DNA of 64,000 nt from an uncultured virus (IMG/VR IMGVR_UViG_3300024270_000037) (IMGVR_UViG_3300024270_000037); one strand, 5' to 3'. Shown: positions 33,542-45,938, numbered from the stretch's first letter. Notes: generated by a model from the sequence alone, not told the origin. Translations and numbers: made by a program.

Positions 33542-36039
33542 ATAATATATAAATAAACGAAAAAAAATAAAAGAGAGATAATTATTATCTCTCTTTTATC
33601 CATAATAATTCCTTAATATTATATTACCTTTTCCATCTTTATATACATAATCTCTTAAATTTAAATCATGATCATCAAATGATGTATATACGTTATATTC
33701 TCTACCTTTACCATATTCTTTAACACACCATTGTATTCTTTCCTTATACAATTCATGATCCTTAGCTTTTATTTTTACATATTCTGATAAATTATGTTTA
33801 TGAAGATTATACTCTGATATATCTAATTTAACAGTTAAAATATATTTATATGAATCTCCACCTCGTATAAGTTCACTATCAACTTTTATAACACCATCAT
33901 CTGTTTTAGGAAATATAGGTTTAATAATCGTTGTATCTAAAAATGATACACATATTGTAACATAACAATTAACACCAATAAGTAGTAACATTATTATCTC
34001 CAATATAATCGATATCTATTTTCTTCCACATATTTATTTATAGTATCTTCATTACCTATTAACCAACCCATAGATTTTGCTAGATATCTTTGATTATTTT
34101 CTGGATTAATCATCATTAACCCATGACCACAAGATTTAATTTTAGAATATAAATTTACAGGTTTTTCAGGTAACCAATGACTCCAATTGCATAAATGAAA
34201 TATTTCTTCTAGATCAAATTTTTCAACTTCAATATATCCTATATAAGTTGGTTTTAATTCATGATCAGTATCAGGAAAAATCTGTTGTATATATTGAAAA
34301 TGAACATGTTGTTCATAATAATATAAATCTACTTTCATCATTATACCTCTTTTGATCTAAGAGTTGTAATTGTATCACCTAATATATATTGATCAATATT
34401 CTTAAAAATCTCAATATCTAATAAACTATGTCCTATAGCAGTTAATACTCCACAAGCATCATCCGGATCAATTCCATTATCCATAAGAATAATTAAAGAT
34501 TTTGCAATTTCTTCATATGTAAAATTAGTCTTTTTAGTATATGAACGTTTCTTATCTTTATTCATATACCTCATTAAAGCTTCTCTTGTATGTTTCTTAG
34601 GTTCAGATTCTACATCATTATTAATATCTCTATATGGTTGTGAGCTCATATTTTCATATATACTCATAATACGACATCCCTCTATATAAATTTTTATCTG
34701 GTTCTTCTAACATAACAGTTTTACCGAATTCTGAAAATTTACTATAATATACTGGCGTATTACCACCACTATGAAAGAATCCATCTAATCCATATCCTAA
34801 GATTCTTTCTCTAACCCATTCCATTCCTGTAATTCGTGGTGAATTCCAATACACTCGTTTACCTATTTTACACCATTCAGGAACTTTAATATTTATACTA
34901 TTATCTTCTTCTTTCTTTCTATCGATTCCTACAGTTTTCAATTTAAATATACATTTATTTCCTTCTACCCTTTTATCAATAATTTTATTTTTTATATAAG
35001 ATAATTTAACAGTACAATTTCTATTAACTTCTGCACTTTCTACACTTATAATTAAATAGATATTGTCATCATTAATAATATCATTTAATGATGCATGATT
35101 ACATGCAATAAATTTTTTATATGTATGTGAATATAGTCCGAATACTAAATTCCATATATAACCATCCCAAAATATTGCATTAGCAGTATTTAACATACTA
35201 ATATCTAATACGGTATGAGAATCATCACCTTCAATTTTTCCAGCATCATGTTCAGTTATACAATATTCTTTATTTATAAGAATTTCATAAATTTCTTCAA
35301 TAGTATTTTCCATATTAATATATTTCCTCTTATATAAAATCAAAATTCAATCTTTTTATCATTAATAATTAACATATCGACATAAATTTTACGATATTTA
35401 TATTCATAATAAGAATCGAATCTATCGGTTTCTCTCATAACTTCAACCATTCTTTTAGCTTTTTCTTCTGTTGTTGTATAACCGATAACAATAATATTTT
35501 CATCATAATCAGTACCTTCAATACAATACATTTCCATTTTAATATCCTCTTTAGTATAATTCTTTATCCCAACATTCTTCACAGGTTATTCCTCTACAAC
35601 CTGATTTAAATGCAGGAGGTTCATGTTTAAGTCTAAGTGTTTCTTTATCACAATTTTCTAATTCTTTATCAATATCATATGGACATAATGTTTCTATGAG
35701 ATGTGATTCACTAAAATAACTAAACTGTTCTTTTAATTTCTCAATTCTCTTCATATATTTTATTAACCTCTATACTTTAAGCTCTAAACCAATTACCTTG
35801 ACTATCTTGTATAATTTCACATTTACAATGTCTACATACACAATGAATATTACACCCATCATAATATTGTCTAGAATTATTAGGCATATGCCATTCTAAA
35901 ATATCATGAAAGAAAACTTTAAATAAACCAGTTTTCAAATAAATAATACCAGTAATAAGAAAAATTATACTAATTATAATAAATAACTCTAAAATATAAA
36001 CCATATTTTATTCTCCTTTATACAATATGAAAAATTTTA

Positions 36040-36320
36040 AATATAGACCCATAATAGGATATCCTATTATGGGGTTGTAAGGGTTGTTTGAATATAACAA
36101 TATGTAGGGTCTCTATATTCAAACGCTTGACTTGATGGGCGGGGATAAAATTTACCCCATATGTAAAAAATGAATAGAGTCTGGGAGAAGGATTAAGAAA
36201 GACCAGACTCTATTCTTCTGCATTGCTCTCACATAGGAGAGGCTCAGAGATAAGGAACCATCCTTGGTTGGTACTAAGGATTTTTTTGGTGATGCATGAA
36301 ATGCACCATGATATGTATTT
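36040..36320 (-). ncRNA. putative structured non-coding RNA downstream of the CAU tRNA
   Basis: No ORF; several hairpins including a 13-bp stem at 36172-36215 with a pyrimidine-rich loop on the minus strand. Confidence 0.4.
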
Positions 36321-36397
36321 TGGTAGGCCTGGCAAGCTTCGAACTCGCGACAACTCGGTTATGAGCCAAGGGTTCTAACCAACTGAACTACAGGCCC
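36321..36397 (-). tRNA. tRNA with CAT anticodon, probably Ile2 (lysidine) rather than Met
   Basis: Cloverleaf GGGCCTG...GGCTCATAACC...TTCGAA...CAGGCCTACCA; anticodon arm resembles Firmicute tRNA-Ile2. Confidence 0.88.
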
Positions 36398-36511
36398 GTA
36401 TATAATATTTAATACCTTCTCTAATATTATGTTATAGTATTAATTATTTTTAATTTGGGTTCTAAAAATTAGAACCCTATATTTATATGTTATATGTATA
36501 ATTATTTGTTA

Positions 36512-36925
36512 TTAACTATGACTACATGTAAATACTTTAGTAATAATTGATTCAATAATGTGTTCAAATTCATGATTACTATAAAATAATGTATTTTCAT
36601 TATTATCCATATCGACTTTTTTATAACAAATTTTGATTTTATTACAACGGTCATTATTTTTAACCATAAAAAGTCTATCTTTTACATTATCATATAAAAT
36701 AAAATAATCAATATGAGAACCTTCATTTTTAGGAATTTTAAATATCAGTGTATTATTTTTAGTATCACCGATAATTAATTGAAATTTAATTAAATATTTA
36801 ATAAAATCTCCAATAATAACATCATTATTAACCTTTCTATATGATGTATCATATGTACAAATACCATAACGAGCAAACATATTCAATGCTCTTAATCTAG
36901 CTAATACAATATTATGATTATCCAT
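36512..36925 (-). CDS. hypothetical protein
   Basis: 137-aa ORF with RBS. Confidence 0.55.
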   Translation of the reverse strand: MDNHNIVLARLRALNMFARYGICTYDTSYRKVNNDVIIGDFIKYLIKFQLIIGDTKNNTLIFKIPKNEGSHIDYFILYDNVKDRLFMVKNNDRCNKIKICYKKVDMDNNENTLFYSNHEFEHIIESIITKVFTCSHS

Positions 36926-36951
36926 TTTTTATTATTTCCCTTTCAATATTA

Positions 36952-37761
36952 TCAATTCACTTTAATATTAATATTATAATAACCATTCTCATCTACAGGA
37001 ACTTTATTATTCTTAATATAATCAGTAATTTTATCAAGAGTAGTTTCAGTTTCAATACTAGGATGATTTATATCAATATTATAATATTTATCTTTTTCAT
37101 TAAGAATAAAAGGATGTAATTGCATTAACATTCTTTCAGAAGATGATTTATGTTGTCTTATATATTTTCTAATCAAATGAATAGTAGCTTTTTCACCATG
37201 TTTTTTATTATATTTTGATATATAATGATTGGCATGTCCCATAACTTTAGACCAATCCCTCATACTTAATCCCATACCATTAACATATAATACTTTAGTG
37301 GATTTTTTATATTTAGAATTAGTTTCAGAGTCAATCCATCTGCAATTATCTGGTGAATATCCTTTTGATGAATCTATTCTGTCTATTGTTAAATCATCTT
37401 GATATCCATTTTGTAACGACCATTCTTCAAATTTATATGGAGTATATAACCATTCATCACAAATTGTTATTCCTTTAGCACCATACATTCTATAAGCTTT
37501 ATCGTGTTTATCATAGCATCTACGTTTCATTCCTTGAAATATTTTATTTATACGATAATCTCGTATAAATGTTTTAATATATTTATGTACACATACTGAA
37601 TTTTTACGATTAATATCTATTAAACGACTTTTTATTTCAGTTCCACATACCTTACATCTTGCATGATATAATTGATGATAGTATTTATCTCTTTCATCAA
37701 TAGCATATATATCAGTATATATACCTCTGTCTGTAGGTGTATTAATAACAATATTTAGCAT
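36952..37761 (-). CDS. free-standing HNH endonuclease within the tRNA cluster
   Basis: MKRRCY...YGAKGITICDEW...LTIDRIDSSKGYSPDNCRW. Confidence 0.85.
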   Translation of the reverse strand: MLNIVINTPTDRGIYTDIYAIDERDKYYHQLYHARCKVCGTEIKSRLIDINRKNSVCVHKYIKTFIRDYRINKIFQGMKRRCYDKHDKAYRMYGAKGITICDEWLYTPYKFEEWSLQNGYQDDLTIDRIDSSKGYSPDNCRWIDSETNSKYKKSTKVLYVNGMGLSMRDWSKVMGHANHYISKYNKKHGEKATIHLIRKYIRQHKSSSERMLMQLHPFILNEKDKYYNIDINHPSIETETTLDKITDYIKNNKVPVDENGYYNINIKVN

Positions 37762-37837
37762 TCTTTATTTTCCTTTCTTAAAATTTGACAAATAATAATC
37801 CCTATACTGGACATACCAGTATAGGGATATAATGGAG

Positions 37838-37913
37838 TGGTGAGTCCAAGCAGGCTCGAACTGCTGACCCACGCCTTAAAAGGGCGTTGCTCTACCAACT
37901 GAGCTATGGACCC
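37838..37913 (-). tRNA. tRNA-Lys(TTT)
   Basis: GGGTCCATAGCTCAGTTGGTAGAGC...CTTTTAA...GTTCGAG...ACCA cloverleaf, 76 nt. Confidence 0.95.
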
Positions 37914-37980
37914 ATATTATATAATTAATAAAAATATCCCGACTACAGATTTATATTTTCCTCTGTAGTCGGGATTTTCA

Positions 37981-38067
37981 TGGTCCCGGATACCAGCTTC
38001 GAACTGGTACGCTGTCGCCAGCGAGGGATTTTAAGTCCCTTGCGTCTACCTATTCCGCCAACCCGGG
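37981..38067 (-). tRNA. tRNA-Leu(TAA)
   Basis: CCCGGGTTGGCGGAATAGGTAGACGC...CTTAAAA, long variable arm, encoded CCA. Confidence 0.93.
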
Positions 38068-38143
38068 GTATTACAAAACATAAATTAATATTATATTTAC
38101 TTATATGTTATATCAATAATATATATTCAAAAAATAATTTGAA

Positions 38144-38505
38144 TTTTCCGGGAAGGGATTAAAAGAAACCCAAAAAATATTAAATACAGTATGGATTACT
38201 AAGAAACAGGGGATGGAGGTATCAACGTAATGGCGCGGGAATGCAGTCATTGACGGCAAACTGCAGACAGGCAGGCAAAATCATATGATAAAATGACATC
38301 TATGGCGGTGACATCATAAAATGTTTCTTAATTTAATATTTTTTACTATGAACGAATTCCTTTTTTCTCTCACCCTTCCCGGAAAACAGAAAGAGGGGGT
38401 CTTTGCTGAACTTAACCAGCGATGATTTCATATCCTATGAGTTGGAAGGATGCTGAACCAGACAAATCAAAGGAAGGCAAGCTATGTAAATCACTTATAA
38501 GACCC
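38144..38505 (-). ncRNA. putative structured ncRNA(s): a 243-nt rod (38144-38386) plus a 109-nt stem-closed domain (38397-38505)
   Basis: Nested inverted repeats TTTTCCGGGAAGGG/CCCTTCCCGGAAAA, AAAAAATATTAAAT/ATTTAATATTTTTT, TAAGAAACA/TGTTTCTTA; higher GC, no credible ORF, late motif at 38545-38556. Confidence 0.6.
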
Positions 38506-38577
38506 ATATGTATATAAAATAATCAAAAGATTATTTTACTTCTATAAATAAATGTTATATAAATAATTAAATTTAAT

Positions 38578-38795
38578 TTATAAGAGAGTTACTACTAGAT
38601 TATAGTGAACGGTTCCAGGCAAGCTGTATCATTAATGTACTTCACTCTCCATTAATGAATGGAATATATACCAGATAATTACTATTTCACTCTCTTATAA
38701 TGTATATATAAAGATCATGGAAAAGATTAATACAATATGTATATTCCGTCTCTTTACCCATCAACTATTTACTGATGGAACCAGATCTATATACC
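38578..38795 (-). ncRNA. putative structured ncRNA (two stem-closed domains)
   Basis: 12-bp closing stem TTATAAGAGAGT/ACTCTCTTATAA at 38578-38700; late motif at 38799-38810; no ORF. Confidence 0.5.
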
Positions 38796-38820
38796 TAATA
38801 AATATATGTTATATAAATAA

Positions 38821-38943
38821 TTAATTTTTAATATTACGTAAAGTTCTCTTCAATTTATTAATAATATTCTTATTAATAACAGGATCTCTCTGAGTAAGAG
38901 CATGAATACGGTTTTCAGTCTTAAGAACTTTAAGATTCTTCAT
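38821..38943 (-). CDS. small basic 40-aa protein (not in ORF track)
   Basis: MKNLKVLKTENRIHALTQRDPVINKNIINKLKRTLRNIKN; AAGGAGA RBS; late motif at 38984-38995. Confidence 0.7.
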   Translation of the reverse strand: MKNLKVLKTENRIHALTQRDPVINKNIINKLKRTLRNIKN

Positions 38944-38999
38944 AAATTAATATCTCCTTTATAATATGGTAAAATTTTCCTTCTAAATGAATGTTAATA

Positions 39000-39100
39000 A
39001 AAAAATTAAATTTAATATTAAGAGAGGTATAATTTTATTGGAATTATTATTTATACCTCTCTTACACAAAAGAAAGAAAGGAAAAAAGAAAAATCTACCT
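39000..39100 (-). ncRNA. putative ~100-nt small RNA with a U/C-rich 5' segment and 3' hairpin
   Basis: Late motif at 39100-39111; 14-bp stem at 39019-39064; no ORF. Confidence 0.45.
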
Positions 39101-39128
39101 AAATATATGTTAGTAGTATAATAAAAAG

Positions 39129-39521
39129 TTATTTATAATAACTTTCAATAAGATTTTCCATTTCATTTGTAATATGTGAAGCGATGTGTGCTATTTCACC
39201 TAAATTATAATCTATATCAGTTTTCTTAAATGATTCAAATAAATTCCAGGGATTAACATTAATAACAAAATACATATTATCATTTTCATCATAATATATA
39301 GTACCAAGATTTTCATAAGTACCAATAAGTTCAGCATCACCAACAAGTGAATTAAGATCGTTTTCTGTAGATGATGCTAATATTATAATAATTGATAATA
39401 AAATGACACCACATAATAAAATTAAATATTTCTTACATTTCTTAGATAAAATACGAATCATAATTATAATTGAAATAATATATAAAATAATTTTAGTAAT
39501 CATAATAACACATCCTTTCAT
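39129..39521 (-). CDS. membrane protein (paralog of 40936-41331)
   Basis: Two hydrophobic helices followed by GTIYYD..N.YF...I.Y.LG. Confidence 0.6.
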   Translation of the reverse strand: MKGCVIMITKIILYIISIIIMIRILSKKCKKYLILLCGVILLSIIIILASSTENDLNSLVGDAELIGTYENLGTIYYDENDNMYFVINVNPWNLFESFKKTDIDYNLGEIAHIASHITNEMENLIESYYK

Positions 39522-39566
39522 AAAAAAATAAAGAGGGAGTTTATCCCTCTTTATTAATAAGTTTCT

Positions 39567-39854
39567 TTATTCATCACCATAATTTCTAAAGAGATTTTCT
39601 CCTGAGAAACTAATAGATGTGATATGTGCTTTAGGAAAGATTGTACTAGATCTACCGAGATTAGTATTTGTTGTAAGATATATAGTTTGTTCATCAAAAC
39701 CATCAATATAACCGGTAAGAACACGATCATCAATTACTGTAATAGTTGCCATATAACGATTAATATAAATATGTTGAATGGTCTTATCCCATACAGATCC
39801 ATGATAACGATCAACAAATTTAAATTGGGGTCTGGTCATATGTCGATAATCCAT
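39567..39854 (-). CDS. Hfq/Sm-like RNA-binding protein
   Basis: ATITVIDDRVLTGYIDGFDEQTIYL (Sm1) and STIFPKAHITSI (Sm2) align by eye with Hfq LQGQIESFDQFVILL...MVYKHAISTV; ATG at 39854 follows a GAGGAG RBS. Confidence 0.6.
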   Translation of the reverse strand: MDYRHMTRPQFKFVDRYHGSVWDKTIQHIYINRYMATITVIDDRVLTGYIDGFDEQTIYLTTNTNLGRSSTIFPKAHITSISFSGENLFRNYGDE

Positions 39855-42301
39855 ATTAATAACGCTCCTCAATAGTCATAGTTTTAAAGTTTAAAACTAT
39901 ACCATTATTGAAATCAAATGATCTTTTACATGAATATGCTAATTTAATGAGATACATTGCTCTCTTATACTTAGATGCAAAGAACCACTGTAAATCATTC
40001 CATTGTTTAAAATTTAAATCATCCACAATGTCAATACTCATGGTTTCAAAATCTAAACATAATCCGATATTAAGATGCAATCTCTGTTTATTTTTATAGC
40101 ATACTGTAACAAGACATACCAATTTCTCAAATTTAGAAGTAAATAACCATTCTATACTATTATAATTTTCAATGTCTTTTGTCATATTTAAATCCCTCTA
40201 AAGTAATCAAAAGCTCCATTCAATAACATCTTTTCAATGTTATGAACTTTACGAATTTCTTTATCAGTTCCTTCACATTTACCGAGAGTAATTTCATGTT
40301 CTTCACCTTTTACTCTAACAAATAAACGTTTAGCATATTTAAACTGAAGAAAAGCAGGTTGTGTTGTATTTACTACTTCATAACCATTATTGATTTTATT
40401 GAGTGTTTCTCGGTATGTACAACATCCAATATATGGTGGTATATCTAAATAAAGAATAAGTTTTTCACACATACTTTTACCTCTTTAATTAGATTCGGCT
40501 GTTTGTTTTACATGCCACTCCAATTCAGATTTAAACTTGTCATATTGAGCTTTTGCTTCATCATACGTAGAATAATAAAAAGTATTAATAGGAATACCAT
40601 AATCCGAATCAATAACTTTAGTTACTCTCATAACAATAAAGTCATTATTGTGATTTTGAATCAAACTAATAGATTCATCACAAATATTAAAGGTACCAGG
40701 AAACGGTCCGAGACAATGCCAGATACCGCTCATCCATTCAACAATTTTCATAAAAATTCTCCTTTATTTTACCTTAATTCTGAAAATATCAAACTTTCTA
40801 TAGAACTTCCAGGGAAAACAACACCAATAATAAATTCGGTATTTACCTGTATCAGTGATTGAAGTATATTTCCAAAACCCAAAGAATGAATAAATCTTCT
40901 CCCATAAAGTTTTCTTTCCCATAAATAATCCCCCCTTATTCAATCATAGAATTGAATATATATTCAGAATTTTCGATTAGATGTGCGGCATTATGAATAT
41001 TTTTACCAAGTTCATATTCAATATTAACTCTATTGACCATATGTGGATATTCCCACTCACTAACTTCAGAATAAAAATATATATTTTCATCTGAATCATA
41101 ATATAATGTACCACTCTCGTCATATACATAAATGGATTTAGCATCACCGATAACAATATAGTGACTAATTAATATAGGTAGAAATGTTATAAGAATTGCT
41201 AAAACAATGATAAATATTACATATATAGTAGATATTATCCAACTATGAGCATAATATTTATTCTTTATTAATGTAAATACAGGAACAGATAGAAATGCAA
41301 GTATAAAGAATAAAATAATACCAGTCATCATAAAATAATACCTCCATTAGAAACTACAAATGAAAATCATTCCATCTTCCCAGGAATCAATAAACCTATT
41401 AGTTGCTTCTCTAGCACCATCCATAGAATAATCAATATATCTATTAAAGAAATCAATCATTCCACGCTTGGTATTACAGACGTTATACCAATACTTTCTC
41501 TTAAAATATCTATCATTAAAGAAATATCCCTGAGCATACTGGACTGTATCAACAGGAATGATAATATGTCCCTTACTATATCCATTAGGACAATAATTAG
41601 CGGAAAGTCCTTCAAACTTATTTGCAATTCTATTCCAGAATCTTTCCTTTCTATAAATTAGACGGAGATCTGAAAAATCAATATGATCATGATTTTTATT
41701 ATCAGACCAAATCATTTTGATTATACTGTTAGGACATTCTCCGAGACATTCAACCTCTACAGGTTTCAACAACTCCATTACAACAGACATATAACTTTTT
41801 TCCTTTCTTTTAAATAAAAAATTAAAGAGGGAGATTTTACTCTCCCTCCCTTTGTGACAAAATTAATACGGATATGCGATTCTTGCAGCATCGATCAAAA
41901 TCATCCGCTCTTCATGAGTCTTTGCAGAATAATTTACAGATTTCAGCCAACCGAGTGCAGTAAGAGAAAGCAGATTATCATCAACTTCATTATTAAAATA
42001 TTTAGTAACATCATTGATGAATACGGAAATATCAACAATATATGTACCAGGTCGATAATCTTTACCGAATAGTGTACAATTCTTACTGTTCATGAATCTC
42101 CAGTTGGTGCGATCCGTACAAATAACTTCAGCATATTCACCATTTTTAAGATTAATTTTGATGAATGCGCCACCATTCATTAATTTTGCATTATATCGAA
42201 CATCAATATTTTTATTTCTGAGAGTATCAACAAAATTAATGATTTCCAACTCATGCTTATTCATATAAGTTTACCCCCTTTCTATATATTATCTTATGTA
42301 A

Positions 42302-42314
42302 ATAATATATATTT
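42302..42314 (-). promoter_or_regulatory. putative early promoter AAATATATATTAT
   Basis: Exact match upstream of the gene starting at 42264. Confidence 0.65.
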
Positions 42315-43768
42315 AATCAGATAAACTTTACGATTTCTTATCTCTAATCAACTTTTCAATACCAATTTTCACAGCTTGTCTAGTTACCTCTCCCAAAAAT
42401 CCCAATTGTTTACCATTAGGAATTTTTAAACCTTTATATTTATCAAACTCCAATTTTTCATCTTCAAGATAAAACTCAATTTCATTAATAGGAATTTTTT
42501 CTTCAAGAACACGAAGACTAAATACTGAAAGACATAACTCACTGGAAGTTCTATATTCATAGTTATATATTGGTACAACAGTAGTTGTTGTACCAATATA
42601 TACACTTCTAGAATGTCTAGCTGTTAAATATGTATCTATCATACGATCAACAGTTTCATATACTTTAAAATCAGAAATAGGTATACCATCTTTACAATAT
42701 ACAATTTTTAACATAAGAATATACTTCCTTTTTAATAAGACTTATATTTCTTAGAATAGCCACACTTTTTACAACGATATGTTTTTACATGAAACATATT
42801 ATATATTTCTCTACTATAATGATCATGAATTTCAGTATCAAATATCATTTCCCATTCATGTTTACAAAAACATGAGCGAATATAATTAATTAGTTTTCTC
42901 ATATGTAATTCACTTTCTAGTGGTCATATGATTTTCAAATAATTCTCTACCACAAATAGGACATCTCAAAATAGAAAAATTACCGATTTTAAAATTCTTA
43001 CCATTCATATCACAATGAATATCTAATTCATCATGAGTATTTCTCAATCTTTTAGTTTTACCAAACTTATTTTCAATTTCAAATTCTTCATACTTAGTAT
43101 GATTGCATGTACTACACATAAAATATTCTCCTTAAATTATAAAATGGTAACGAATAATCTTATCCGTTACCATTAATTTAATCACTCATTATCTTTATAA
43201 AAACAACTTGCATCAGCATCTATATGAATAGTAAATTGTGTACCGCCATTAGCAGTACAGTCATCTACCATTAAACCAATTTCTTTCATGAAATCTTCTT
43301 TATTAGAATATTTCATTCCAGAACCATTATCATTAAGTGTATAAATATTAAATTTCATTTACTTTTTCCTTTTCTTCAACAAATGCACGTACATGTTCTG
43401 AATATATTGGATCTCTACCAAACGGCTGATAATCAATATGGGGATATTCTCCAAAAGTATAAATTTCATCTCCACATTTATCACATGTAGCAAGATACTT
43501 ATTTTCTACTTTAATATCCTTAGTAATATAATGACCTCCACATACACATTCTAATTCAACATATATAGGAGTACAAGCTCTAGCTGTTTTAAATACTGTC
43601 TTTTCAGTAAATTTCATTATTATACCTCATAAGTTTTATTACATTTAATACATCTACCAGGATTATTGCCAATGTAAAATATCATACCACCACAATCACA
43701 TGTATAAGGTTTATCAATATATACAGACTTAGTACCAATAATATGTCTATTAGACATAGATTCCATTT

Positions 43769-43955
43769 AAATAGATGTAATATTAGGATCAAGATATACT
43801 TCATTCTGCATCTATTACATCTATACATAAGACGTTTAGTTTTATTATCAACTTTTCCAGGAACCTTATTAAAGATACCACCACAAGTATATTCTAATTC
43901 AATTTTAGAAGTAGTTGTTACTACTAAAACTTTTATTAATAACTTTTCTATCCAT
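43769..43955 (-). pseudogene. frameshifted member of the CxCGG zinc-ribbon family
   Basis: RBS and ATG at 43955 stop after 16 codons; KIELEYTCGG...YRCNRC and EVYLDPNITSI lie in shifted frames. Confidence 0.5.
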
Positions 43956-45938
43956 ATATACTATCCTTCTATTACTTGAAAGTTTGATTACAATTTGGAC
44001 ATACTGCAATATGTAAGTTTTCATTATAATTTAATAATTCATCACACACTTTACACTTACTAGGAATTTTAATCTTATCAGGATTTTCATTATTAAGAGT
44101 TCTAATAATATTTTTTGCATCATTATATTTCTTAAGATAAAAATCATTCACATTACGAAGAACTTGATTATCTTCATTTACAATTTCCATTAATCTTTTA
44201 AGTTTTTCATTCTCTTTTATAAGCTCATTATTTTCAGTATTAACTCTAATATATTCACTTTCACAATATTTGAATTTTTTCTTACTAACAAATCCAAACA
44301 TAACGAATACCTCATTTATTAGTTATAGGTGTGCGCTTTATATTAATATCTCTACCACATTTAGTACATCTATAGAAAACATTATTAACATCAGCAATTT
44401 TATGTGTCAAAGGTACATATCTACCACCACAAAGACAGGTAATAGATAATGCATACTGTACACTAGAAGGTGTATTTGCAGGCTTGGGTTCAGTAATAGT
44501 AGTATTTACAATAGGGGTGTTGTTATTCATAGTCTTTGCCATAATTAATTTCTCCTCTTTATTTATATTTTTATTATAGTCCGATAGTATTTTTACATCC
44601 TTCAAGAACATTAAAAGTACCATATTCTTCTTCAGGTTCATCAGATAAATTCATAGAATATGGGAATTCATATTTAGAATTGATCACTCTACCACAATTC
44701 TCACAGGTATGTTTAATGGTATTAGTTTCATAATCATATGCTATAGGTATGGACTTACTAAAATTACCTCCACATTCACATTTTAAATTGACGATGTATG
44801 GAATAGCTTTACGTTTAGTAACTTTGAGTGTAACTTCTTGCATAATTATTTCTCCTCAGTATTATTCTTATATTTACATTTATTACAAGGAACTTCAGGT
44901 TTCTTGAGATTTAAAGTTTCCCACATCTTACTCATTTTATAATTCTTACCACATTTTATACACATTCCATAATGACCTATACAATTATAGAAAATGTTAC
45001 CTCCACAATCAGGACATTTATTAGGAATCTGATCATTCTCATCAGATATGGTATTATTGATCTCCCTCATAACATCACAAATATCAAGATACTTATCTCT
45101 ATAATGTCTATTAGAATCTTCTAATCCATTTATATCTACTTGCATACTAGAAATTTGTAATTTAAGTTTTTCATTCTCCTTTTTAAGTTCTTCGACTTCA
45201 GGATTTTTAGGTATACGTCTGGGATCATTTTTCAATGCATACATATGTTTTTCACATATAGGACATTTTGCAGGAATACTATCCAAAGTAAAAGTTAATT
45301 CAGAATTACAATTAGAGCATCTATATAAATTCTCATGATAATTTTGAATATACCAAAATCCAGATTCATGAATAATATGTTGATAATGGGAAATTTCACG
45401 ACTAAGCATGTTGTTCTGCTCTACAAGTATGTCATATTCTTTTTTACTAACTAAACCAAACATAATCATTACTCCTCATTAATTTTACCCTGTACAATAT
45501 TTATCATCCGACGACCACAACCCGAACAATGGGTCACATACTGATCGGTACCATTCCAAAAACTATATCCACATTTACTACACACTAAAGGTTTTCCTTC
45601 TTCAGTAACCCAATATGCATCAGTATCTAAACCTTTATATTCTGTACTGGTATATAGAGGTGTATTAGATAATCTACGCATTTTATCTATAACATTTTCA
45701 TATTCTTCTAATCTTTTAAGAAGCATTCTATTATCTTCTTCAAGTTTTTTCATATCCGCCATTAAAACATCCATATCAGACTTTCTTACCATTACACAAT
45801 TCTTTTTAATATCATCTAACTCTTTTTGAGTCGATGCATATTTTTTATCAAGTTGATTATATTTAATTTCACTAACTAATCCGAACATAAACATTTCTCC
45901 TCTTTTTAAAAATATTTTATTATATTTATGTCAAGGTA

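Larger units (their letters stand above)
30369..36004 (-). other. block of about 20 small hypothetical genes
   Basis: Contiguous minus-strand ORFs with RBS, separated by terminators and early-motif promoters. Confidence 0.75.
39856..45894 (-). other. block of small hypothetical genes including two paralogous zinc-ribbon families
   Basis: MFG(L/F)VS coiled-coil/Zn family (43972, 44846, 45469) and CxCGG...CxxC family (43348, 43621, 44312, 44574). Confidence 0.75.

Noticed and set aside
37980..38162. 60-aa plus-strand ORF
   Set aside because: Antisense to tRNA-Leu.
38144..38505. tmRNA, RNase P RNA or SRP RNA
   Set aside because: No tRNA-like GGGG...CCACCA ends or tag frame, and no recognisable RNase P or SRP consensus by eye.
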